Of a stretch of DNA of 32,000 nucleotides, positions 25,360-32,000 are shown in pieces. The stretch is from the NCBI GenBank assembly GCA_001430755.1, contig CP013062.1, positions 1,020,001-1,052,000 of the forward strand, in the 5' to 3' direction. Each line of letters starts with the position of its first letter. The first letter of the stretch is position 1. This stretch comes from Candidatus Peribacter riflensis. GTDB taxonomy: Bacteria; Patescibacteriota; Gracilibacteria; Peribacterales; Peribacteraceae. The translations under genes were made by a program, and so were the position numbers. The notes beneath the pieces are model-generated. The model searched no databases and was not told where the DNA came from. It worked only from the letters and a program-made list of their open reading frames with translations.

Positions 25360-26828
25360 GAACCCGATTTGCTCCATCTCCTACTGGCTTTATCCATGTT
25401 GGGAACCTGAGAACGGCACTCTTTGCCTGGCTCATCGCGAAACAGACGAACGGAAAATTCCTCCTGAGAGTCGAGGACACGGACCAAGCGCGATCCGTCC
25501 CGGGAACCATCGAGAGTGTCCTCAAAACCCTTCATTGGGCCGGCCTCGATCCGGATGAGGGCGTGATGCTGCGCAAAGGAGTGGTGGCACAGGAAGGCAC
25601 GCACGGCCCATACATCCAGTCCGAACGTCTGGAGCTCTACCGCACATCCGCCGGAGAGCTCCTGAAAGCAGGGCACGCCTACCCCTGCTTCTGCACGCCA
25701 GAGCGGCTCACGAAGATGCGCGAGGAACAGATGGCACGGAAACAGGCACCCATGTATGACCGGCTCTGTACACGCCTGCCGAAGAAGGAGATCGAGCAGC
25801 GTCTGGAGCGCGGTGATCCCCATGTGCTCCGGCTTCTCGTTCCGCACGAACGGACATTTACCTACACCGATGAAGTCCGCGGAGAGGTCTCGTTCCAGGG
25901 TCACACGGTGGATGATCAGGTTCTTCTCAAGAGCGACGGTTTCCCCACGTACCACCTCGCCCACGTGGTGGATGATCACCTGATGGAGATCGATCTCGTG
26001 ATCCGCGGGGAAGAATGGCTCAGCTCCACTCCCAAGCACCTGCTGCTGTTCGAGCGTCTGGGCTGGCAGCCTCCGAAGTACGCGCACGTACCACTCCTCC
26101 TGAATAAAGACCGTACGAAATTGAGTAAGCGTCAGCAGGACGTGGCGGCCGAGGAGTACATCGCAAAGGGATATTTACCCGAAGCACTCATCAATTTTCT
26201 CGCGCTCCTCGGCTGGAACCCGGGATCGGAGCAGGAGCTTTTCTCGCTCGAGGAATTGACCGAGGCCTTCTCGCTGGAACGCGTGCAGAAAGCCGGGGCG
26301 ATCTTTGACTTAACCAAATTGGACTGGCTGCAAGGCCAGTGGATCCGCAGGCTCCCGCTTGCGGAGTTTGCCGACCGGCTGCAGATGCTCACTGTGGAGC
26401 GCTTTCCGGAGGCCAAGCACGACGCGCACTTCAAAGAGAAGGCTGCACTCGTCCATGAGCGCGTAACCTTCCTGAAAGAGGGGCCCGACATGCTCGCCTT
26501 CTTCTATGTGGATCCGAAAGTTGATTTGGACCTCCTCGCCAATGAAAAACAGAAGATCACGAAGGAGCTCCTGCCCAAGGTCCTCAAGGTGCTGGTGGAA
26601 ACCATGGAGAAAATTTCTGAGGATGAATGGACAATCGACTCGCTCAAAGAAAAACTGCTCGCCCGCGCCAAGGCCGAAGATCTGACGCAGGGGCAACTGC
26701 TCTGGCCACTCCGTGCCGCTCTCACGGGTCTGCCCTATAGCCCGGGTGCCTTCGAGGTGGCTGTGGCGCTGGGCAAAGAGACCACCCTCCTGCGACTGGA
26801 AGTAGCCCGGGCAGGCCTCCAAAAATAA
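25356..26828 (+). CDS. gltX: Glutamyl-tRNA synthetase
   Basis: Class I motifs: HIGH variant PTGFIHVGNLRTALF and KMSKS variant KLSKRQ. Full-length GluRS-like sequence of 490 aa. Confidence 0.95.
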   Translation: MRTRFAPSPTGFIHVGNLRTALFAWLIAKQTNGKFLLRVEDTDQARSVPGTIESVLKTLHWAGLDPDEGVMLRKGVVAQEGTHGPYIQSERLELYRTSAGELLKAGHAYPCFCTPERLTKMREEQMARKQAPMYDRLCTRLPKKEIEQRLERGDPHVLRLLVPHERTFTYTDEVRGEVSFQGHTVDDQVLLKSDGFPTYHLAHVVDDHLMEIDLVIRGEEWLSSTPKHLLLFERLGWQPPKYAHVPLLLNKDRTKLSKRQQDVAAEEYIAKGYLPEALINFLALLGWNPGSEQELFSLEELTEAFSLERVQKAGAIFDLTKLDWLQGQWIRRLPLAEFADRLQMLTVERFPEAKHDAHFKEKAALVHERVTFLKEGPDMLAFFYVDPKVDLDLLANEKQKITKELLPKVLKVLVETMEKISEDEWTIDSLKEKLLARAKAEDLTQGQLLWPLRAALTGLPYSPGAFEVAVALGKETTLLRLEVARAGLQK

Positions 26829-26880
26829 CGTAAAGACACACCGCCGGTGCATCTCAACAAAACAACGCACAGCAACCGTT

Positions 26881-27019
26881 GGGGGTCCGCCGCCACGGGG
26901 GGTGAAGGGGAAGGCCCTGCACTGCCGCAAGAGCAGTGCGCGCCGACGAGACGAGCCGAAGCCTTGGAGGCGAGGCGAGGAGGCACAGGGCCGAGCGGAG
27001 TTGGGATTGGCGGCGGTGC
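26881..27019 (+). ncRNA. Copy B of the unclassified ~135-nt GC-rich structured repeat
   Basis: Bracketing helix CCGCCGCC 26887-26894 / GGCGGCGG 27009-27016. Inner helix 26913-26919 / 26986-26992. Variable hairpin GCACTGC/GCAGTGC 26919-26939. Confidence 0.5.
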
Positions 27020-27030
27020 GCTTCTCTTTG

Positions 27031-27065
27031 CTTCTTTCTCTTGTCGGGCAGACAAGAGAAAGAAG
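27031..27065 (+). other. Perfect 15-bp hairpin (CTTCTTTCTCTTGTC-gggca-GACAAGAGAAAGAAG) directly after repeat copy B
   Basis: Arms 27031-27045 and 27051-27065. No U tract on either strand, so it is not a canonical intrinsic terminator. Confidence 0.5.
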
Positions 27066-27141
27066 AGAACCGATAAGGCTTCTCCCTACAGATAGAAAAG
27101 TAGAATCCGTGCTAAGATCTCCCTGTCTTTCCCTCCTCCCC

Positions 27142-27606
27142 ATGCACGAAACCGCCGATCTCGAAATCGAGCTCAAGACCGAACAGAACAGAGCCATCAT
27201 CACCGGAAAAACCTCGGTCCCATTCCGTACGTTCGTCGGCCTCGTACTCCAGCGCAAGGTGTTCCAGCTGTTCAAGCAGTGGGATAAGGAGCCGGTGATC
27301 CTCTCGAGCGAACTCCTCACGCAGCTTGCCAGCGCCCCGCAAGACAGCCAGGAGAACCGCACGCACCTCGTCATCGTGACACTGGGGGTGGGCACGCTCT
27401 TCGGCATCTTTCTCTTCTCTCTGGGTCAGGCCGTGCTCACCCTGTTGGGAGTCGAGCTCGGAACGCGCGAGCTCCTGCTTGTGGCCGGCAGCCTGATCGG
27501 CCTCGCACTCCTCGGAGTGATTCTGGCTCGCATGCAAAAATTGGCCCGCGCCCAGCGCATCGCCGATGTGATGGAACGGACGGCACAATTCCTCGCAAAG
27601 AAGTAG
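27142..27606 (+). CDS. Hypothetical membrane protein (two C-terminal TM segments)
   Basis: ORF 26902..27606 trimmed to MHETADLEIELK because the upstream part overlaps the repeat and hairpin. TM segments LVIVTLGVGTLFGIFLFSLGQAVLTLL and LLLVAGSLIGLALLGVILA. Confidence 0.6.
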   Translation: MHETADLEIELKTEQNRAIITGKTSVPFRTFVGLVLQRKVFQLFKQWDKEPVILSSELLTQLASAPQDSQENRTHLVIVTLGVGTLFGIFLFSLGQAVLTLLGVELGTRELLLVAGSLIGLALLGVILARMQKLARAQRIADVMERTAQFLAKK

Positions 27607-27618
27607 GAAAATGGCTTA

Positions 27619-27660
27619 CCTCCTTCCCTCTCCCCAGGGGAGAGGGCTAGGGTGAGGGGG
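27619..27660 (+). repeat. GC-rich REP-like hairpin element, family copy 3, abutting the murB start codon
   Basis: CCTCCTTCCCTCTCCCCAGGGGAGAGGGCTAGGGTGAGGGGG. Contains the perfect 10-bp palindrome CCCTCTCCCC-A-GGGGAGAGGG. Ends 1 nt before ATG 27662. Confidence 0.65.
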
Positions 27661-27661
27661 A

Positions 27662-28528
27662 ATGCAGATCCAGGAACTCGTCCCTCTCGCCCCTCGCACC
27701 ACCATGCGCATCGGTGGGTCTGCGCGCTACTATGCGGAGCTGAAGACGCAGCAGGACGTGCAGGAAGCCTGGCAATTTGCACAGGAGAAAAGCATACCGA
27801 TGATCGTGCTGGGCGCCGGATCGAACACTGTGTTCGCCGATGGCACGATTGAGGCATTGGTGGTGACCATAAAAGCGAGTGCGCTTGAAATCAACGGCAC
27901 GACTGTGCGGGCCGAAGCAGGTCTGCCGCTCGCCACCCTCGTCGCCAAACTGGCGGCGCATAACCTCGATCTCTCCGCACTCACCGGCATTCCGGGAACG
28001 GTGGGGGGTGCGACGTTCGGCAATGCCGGCCAGGGACCCCAGGGCGTTTGGCTCGACCATTTCATTGATCGGGTGACGGCATTTGCAGATGGGGCATGGA
28101 GATCGTTCACGCGCAGCGAGTGTGCATTTCGCTACCGCGAAAGCGTCTTCAAGGGCATGGCTTCACCGTTGATCTGGGAGGTGCTGCTCGAAGTGCCCTC
28201 TCGCCCCAAGGCCGAGGTGGAAGCCGAAATCACCCGTCTCTTGAAGAAGCGGCTGGAATCGCAGCCGCACACGCGCACGGCCGGATCCTGCTTCAAGGCG
28301 CTCCCCGATGGCACACCGGCATGGAAGGCCATTGATGCCGCAGGACTCAAGGGTCTGAAGGCCGGTGATCTGCAGGTGAGCGAAAAACATGCGAACTTTC
28401 TCATCAATACAGGAAAGGGGACATTCGCAGACGTGTGTGCGCTCATCGAAACAATCCGCACGCGTACGCAGACACCGCTCGCTCTCGAAATGCGCCTCAT
28501 CGAAGAGGCGGGAACACTCCTGGCATAG
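27662..28528 (+). CDS. murB: UDP-N-acetylenolpyruvoylglucosamine reductase MurB
   Basis: FAD-binding N-terminus (TTMRIGGSARYYAE...PMIVLGAGSNTVF), GIPGTVGGATFGNAG, and C-terminal ...AGSCFKA...SEKHANFLIN. Confidence 0.92.
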   Translation: MQIQELVPLAPRTTMRIGGSARYYAELKTQQDVQEAWQFAQEKSIPMIVLGAGSNTVFADGTIEALVVTIKASALEINGTTVRAEAGLPLATLVAKLAAHNLDLSALTGIPGTVGGATFGNAGQGPQGVWLDHFIDRVTAFADGAWRSFTRSECAFRYRESVFKGMASPLIWEVLLEVPSRPKAEVEAEITRLLKKRLESQPHTRTAGSCFKALPDGTPAWKAIDAAGLKGLKAGDLQVSEKHANFLINTGKGTFADVCALIETIRTRTQTPLALEMRLIEEAGTLLA

Positions 28529-28547
28529 ACCGGCACTATCAATCTCT

Positions 28548-28575
28548 TTGTTTATGGTGCAAAAAGCGGTATAGA
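28548..28575 (+). promoter_or_regulatory. Candidate promoter TTGTTT-N16-TATAGA, 7 nt upstream of ATG 28583 (predicted leaderless)
   Basis: -35 at 28548-28553 and -10 at 28570-28575, in an AT-rich patch between convergent murB and ssb. Confidence 0.45.
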
Positions 28576-28582
28576 TTCTTCG

Positions 28583-28771
28583 ATGCACTGCTACATGCAT
28601 TCAGAATTGCACACCCGCCTTCATCCGCCTGCACCGGATGCACGTAGACCCGAAGAATACGCATTAACCCAGCAATTGAGAGATGCCGTGGATCACCGCC
28701 GTGCGTTGAGCCACCAACAGATGGCACTGTGCGTCCCGTTCGCACAGAGAAATTTTGATCCGCCGAAATGA
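28583..28771 (+). CDS. Small hypothetical protein (62 aa, His-rich N-terminus)
   Basis: The ORF starts 7 nt after a -10-like box, the same geometry seen at other genes here. No recognisable domain. Confidence 0.4.
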   Translation: MHCYMHSELHTRLHPPAPDARRPEEYALTQQLRDAVDHRRALSHQQMALCVPFAQRNFDPPK

Positions 28772-28787
28772 GAACACCAACACCCCT

Positions 28788-29645
28788 TCAGAAGGGCAGG
28801 TCCTCCACTTTCACCTCGGATGCATACTGAATCTCGGGGATGTCGGCCGATGTGGGAGCCCCTGCGGCAGGAGCCTCTTGCGATCTCGGGGCGGAACGCC
28901 GCTGGGAACTCGACTCCACGGCCTCAGAGGCCGCAGCATTCCGCACGCCCAGGAGCGCACACTGATCGGCGATGATCTCGGTCGTCGTGCGCTTCTGGCC
29001 TTGCTGCGTCTCCCAACTGCGGGTCTGTACGCGGCCGGAAACGAAGACACGGCTGCCCTTGTGCACCAGCTTGCTCACCTCATCGGCAAGCTCGCCCCAC
29101 ACCACCACATTGTGGAACTCCGCGCGCTCTTTGGTCTCGCCAGTCGAGCGTTCCTTCCAGCGATCATTGGTCGCCACACCCAGTGTCAGCACCTGCTTGC
29201 CGCCGGTCGTCGTGCGGATTTCTGGCTCACGGGTGACGTTGCCCACAACATCCGCACGGTTCACGGCCGCCAGTGTCCGTTTCGCACCCTCAGGAGTGGG
29301 CAGCTGACCGTCTTTGGGATCAAGGAGGATCATGTCGAGCGCCACGATCTTCGTCTTGCTGCGCTTTTCGTGAGTCGTCTGATCTTCCCAGGAATCGGTT
29401 TGCAGCCTGCCGCCGATGAATATCTGGGATCCCGGCCGCACGTACTGACCGGCAAAATCCGCCATAGAGCCCCACAGCGTGACGGTGTGAAAGGCCCGCC
29501 CCTGCAGCGCCTCGCCGCGCTCAGATTGAAAGGAATACGGCACCACCACATTCAAATCCACAACGCTCGTGCCCCCGGGGGTCTGACGAATTTCGACGGG
29601 CTGCGTCTGGTAGCCAACAAGGTGTACGCGATTGAGAGAGAACAT
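28788..29645 (-). CDS. ssb: Single-stranded DNA-binding protein with two tandem OB folds and an acidic ...EDLPF tip
   Basis: ORF trimmed to Met24 (MFSLNRVHLVGYQTQPVEIRQTPGG). Second OB fold starts at ...VNRADVVGNVTREPEIRTTTGGK.... Both carry the W..GRLQT/GRVQTRSWE pattern. The C-terminal disordered tail ends in DLPF. Confidence 0.88.
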   Translation of the reverse strand: MFSLNRVHLVGYQTQPVEIRQTPGGTSVVDLNVVVPYSFQSERGEALQGRAFHTVTLWGSMADFAGQYVRPGSQIFIGGRLQTDSWEDQTTHEKRSKTKIVALDMILLDPKDGQLPTPEGAKRTLAAVNRADVVGNVTREPEIRTTTGGKQVLTLGVATNDRWKERSTGETKERAEFHNVVVWGELADEVSKLVHKGSRVFVSGRVQTRSWETQQGQKRTTTEIIADQCALLGVRNAAASEAVESSSQRRSAPRSQEAPAAGAPTSADIPEIQYASEVKVEDLPF

Positions 29646-29836
29646 GCTTCGAAGGGAGAATGGAAGTAAAGGAGGCCACGCACTGCCGTGGGAAGGGAAG
29701 GTACACCAGTGCATCTCCCATGCAAACGAAAGAGGTTGAACAATGACAGAGTCTCATTCGCAATGATCATCTCCGCTTTCCAATCCCTCATCCCACCCCC
29801 TCATCCTCACCCTAACATGGTACGATACCGTCCACG

Positions 29837-32000
29837 ATGCATGCACGCGCTCCGTACGTCGTCCCGGTCGTGGCAGGTCTTCTCATGGCAGCCTCCCTTC
29901 ATGTGCTTTCCGCGAGCGCTATCGAAGTGGATGAGCCGACGAATTTTTCGGTCGTCCAGCAGAACGTGAATAGGGTGCGGGGAGATATCGCCGGAGCACA
30001 ATGCGGCGGATGGATGTTCGACGAGCGTGTGGAGGGCAAGATCTCCACGGTCACCGGAGCACCCGGACGCAAGGGCACTGTCTTTGATGGCGGAAAACTG
30101 ATTCCCGAAGTGGCAAAAAGCGGCCTCGCGAAGCGCGAAGAGAAGATAGGGGCACTGGAGGACGGCTTTGTCTTCCCTTCGTCGGGCTTGGCAACCGGCT
30201 GGTCCACCGTCTGCCACGTGAATGAATGTGGAAACAGCTATCCCTACATCCGCGAGTGCCCGGGAGAGCCTCCCTGCAGAAACCCGGATGAGTGCCGGGA
30301 GATGTGCAGCGAACTCAACGCCTGGCAACGCGTTCACCAGAGCTGCACGGCGGAATGGACGGAATATGATTGGGACGGCAATCCGTTTCAGGTATTTGAT
30401 TTTCTGGAGGATACCAGCCCCTGCAAGAACGTCGATAACGGTGACTGGTGCCAACCCGGTGACGAGAACTGGGTCGATCCCCGAACCCGCCTGCAGGATG
30501 CGCATCCCGATGCGAATGTATGGTGCGATATCGACGAAATGCTCTACTGCTGCTCAAACGCCGTTGTGGCGAACCGTGAGAACGACCCGGAACGCAACTG
30601 TCTGAACTGCAACGGGGACGGGCTCGAGGACCGCAATAATCCCGGGGTGGATTTTAATGGAGAAGTCCCGGCCGACCTGGAACAGACTGGATGCCGTAAA
30701 GGAAAGAACGCTCCAAATGGACGGGAGTACGTTTCGATATACAGACGGTTTATGGTGAGCTTCACCCGCAATGCCGTGCCCGTCGTTCCGCGGGATGACA
30801 CGCAGCGAACAGATGTCCCCGTCGACTGCTACTGCCGCTATGAGGAATTCGACCCCAAGACGCGCAAGACGCTCGCCAATGATCACCGTTGCATCGTCAT
30901 GCTCGAAGAGGAGGAGAAACGTTTCAGGGACATGAAAGAAACACAGCATGGAAAAGGCGAGTACGGCCAGAATTCCAATCTGCCGGATCCCACGTACGAA
31001 GAAAACCGGACACGCGATACGCTCAAAGATCTGTGGGTGAATAATTTCAGCGATACGTTCTCACTCTTGAACGGCAACAAAATCAAGGAATCGCCGAAAG
31101 ACAACCTCTTTCCGCTGCTCCAGCTCGATAACACCAATCTTGTACCGACCGCACAACTCGACAAGACCCGCGTCTTCTCCAGTGGAAGCTTGCTACGCGC
31201 CACCGACGACACGGTGAACACCGATCACACGGGCCGCCGCACGATCGTCGAGTGGTGGCAGGAGCAGGAAACGCAGGCTCACAAGCTCTTCACACCGCCA
31301 ATTCTCCGCCTCATCCTCCCCACGCCCGCCTCAGAAGGCCTGAATCTGACCGATCCCCTGCTGACACCAAAGGGAAACAGCCGTCCTCCAGGCTCGCTGC
31401 GTATCAATCAACAAATCATCGACCTGCAGATCCGCGCAGATCCCGAAGATCTGCTCTCTGAAGTGAGCGCCTACCTCGAGAACGCCCTCCTCATCCACGT
31501 GCAGGAGGAACCCGTCACGCTCGTGGTCCCTCTGGCTTCGCCGGTCGAGCTCCGCGCGCTGGCGCAGGGATGGAAACGATGGGGAGAAGAACAGGGGGAA
31601 GGCGAGGCGAAGTCAAAGGCGGAAGGGGCCGCCCAGAAGTTAGAGGCCTATGCCGAGCGCATCGATCAGGTCCGCGCTCTGCGCAGCGAATTAGCACAGT
31701 ACATCGGACGGCTTCTGACGTATCAGGGAACCATGACACGCGCGATCGGCGAATGGCTCGAAGGAAACCTGGGAGCCTGGGACCGGTATGCAACGGCCTG
31801 GCGGGAGCGCCTGAACCTCCAACCACAGTGGAAGGAAATCCAACAGAAGTACCGCGTATTCCATGACCGGACGAATATGCCGTGGTGTCGCAATGACCGC
31901 TATACGACTCCGATCTACTCGTTCCTCGATCCCTGGATGCCCGGTCCCGATGCCCCGCGCGATCTGGCACTCAACATTGATGAGAACCCTGCGAACGATA
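29837..32000 (+). CDS. Large secreted Cys-rich protein, 3' end beyond the window (more than 720 aa); not in the supplied ORF track
   Basis: I translated the frame line by line. There is no stop from 29816 to 32000, and the first ATG is at 29837. Signal-peptide-like N-terminus MHARAPYVVPVVAGLLMAASLHVLSASA. By my count about 19 Cys between residues ~55 and ~350. TGGTACGAT extended -10 box 10 nt upstream of the ATG. Confidence 0.8.
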   Translation, partial: MHARAPYVVPVVAGLLMAASLHVLSASAIEVDEPTNFSVVQQNVNRVRGDIAGAQCGGWMFDERVEGKISTVTGAPGRKGTVFDGGKLIPEVAKSGLAKREEKIGALEDGFVFPSSGLATGWSTVCHVNECGNSYPYIRECPGEPPCRNPDECREMCSELNAWQRVHQSCTAEWTEYDWDGNPFQVFDFLEDTSPCKNVDNGDWCQPGDENWVDPRTRLQDAHPDANVWCDIDEMLYCCSNAVVANRENDPERNCLNCNGDGLEDRNNPGVDFNGEVPADLEQTGCRKGKNAPNGREYVSIYRRFMVSFTRNAVPVVPRDDTQRTDVPVDCYCRYEEFDPKTRKTLANDHRCIVMLEEEEKRFRDMKETQHGKGEYGQNSNLPDPTYEENRTRDTLKDLWVNNFSDTFSLLNGNKIKESPKDNLFPLLQLDNTNLVPTAQLDKTRVFSSGSLLRATDDTVNTDHTGRRTIVEWWQEQETQAHKLFTPPILRLILPTPASEGLNLTDPLLTPKGNSRPPGSLRINQQIIDLQIRADPEDLLSEVSAYLENALLIHVQEEPVTLVVPLASPVELRALAQGWKRWGEEQGEGEAKSKAEGAAQKLEAYAERIDQVRALRSELAQYIGRLLTYQGTMTRAIGEWLEGNLGAWDRYATAWRERLNLQPQWKEIQQKYRVFHDRTNMPWCRNDRYTTPIYSFLDPWMPGPDAPRDLALNIDENPAND

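Noticed and set aside
24450-26087. 545-aa minus-strand ORF antisense to the PPIase and gltX genes. Similar long antisense or off-frame ORFs: 8113..9258, 9816..10826, 9698..10357, 21996..22727, 26310..27407, 28755..29669, 23195..24097, 4980..5654, 29807..30505.
   Set aside because: All overlap confidently identified genes on the other strand or frame. They have Arg/Gly/Pro/His-rich low-complexity compositions and no recognisable motifs, so they are GC-rich shadow ORFs.
29800-32000. The absence of any long ORF in the track suggested a non-coding region or an alternative genetic code (for example UGA recoding).
   Set aside because: Manual translation shows one frame completely free of standard stops from 29816 to the window end. 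The ORF was omitted only because it has no stop inside the window. Other genes in the window terminate normally at TGA, TAA or TAG.

Overview
GC-rich bacterial chromosomal segment with no phage, plasmid, transposase or CRISPR hallmarks. It opens inside a 16S rRNA gene (+, 1-1401). No 23S, 5S or spacer tRNA follows in the remaining 30.6 kb. Downstream of the 16S is a markedly AT-rich island with a HEPN-like ORF and three hypothetical genes. The rest is mostly housekeeping: a split suf Fe-S cluster (sufD ... sufB, with sufC 7 kb away beside a 2Fe-2S ferredoxin), a HlyD-adaptor/ABC-ATPase/two-FtsX-permease exporter, a SIMPL protein, a TPR protein, holB, secA, tsaB, a GT2 glycosyltransferase, ftsW, murG, a lipoprotein cyclophilin, gltX, murB and a two-OB-fold ssb. 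A large Cys-rich secreted protein runs off the 3' edge; it is absent from the supplied ORF track because it has no stop in the window. The 16S is short and divergent, and the gene content (many hypotheticals, long coiled-coil adaptor) would fit a candidate-phylum lineage, but I cannot assign taxonomy without a search. Most interesting observations: (1) two copies of a ~135-nt GC-rich element whose closing helix differs between copies by four compensatory base-pair exchanges, a candidate unclassified structured RNA; (2) a 5' gltX remnant that forms an upstream ORF ending in ATGA on the real gltX start, separated from it by a hairpin- and promoter-bearing insert; (3) the position where sufC is normally found between sufB and sufD holds three unknown small genes flanked by palindrome-containing promoters; (4) the 16S anti-SD core is CUUCC rather than CCUCC, genes lack SD sequences, and many have TGnTAnnnT -10 boxes only 6-14 nt from the start codon; (5) small repeat families inserted in frame into tsaB and secA; (6) an untracked 39-codon ORF with 8 Cys downstream of the exporter. 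Functional calls rest on motif recognition by eye; no database search was possible.
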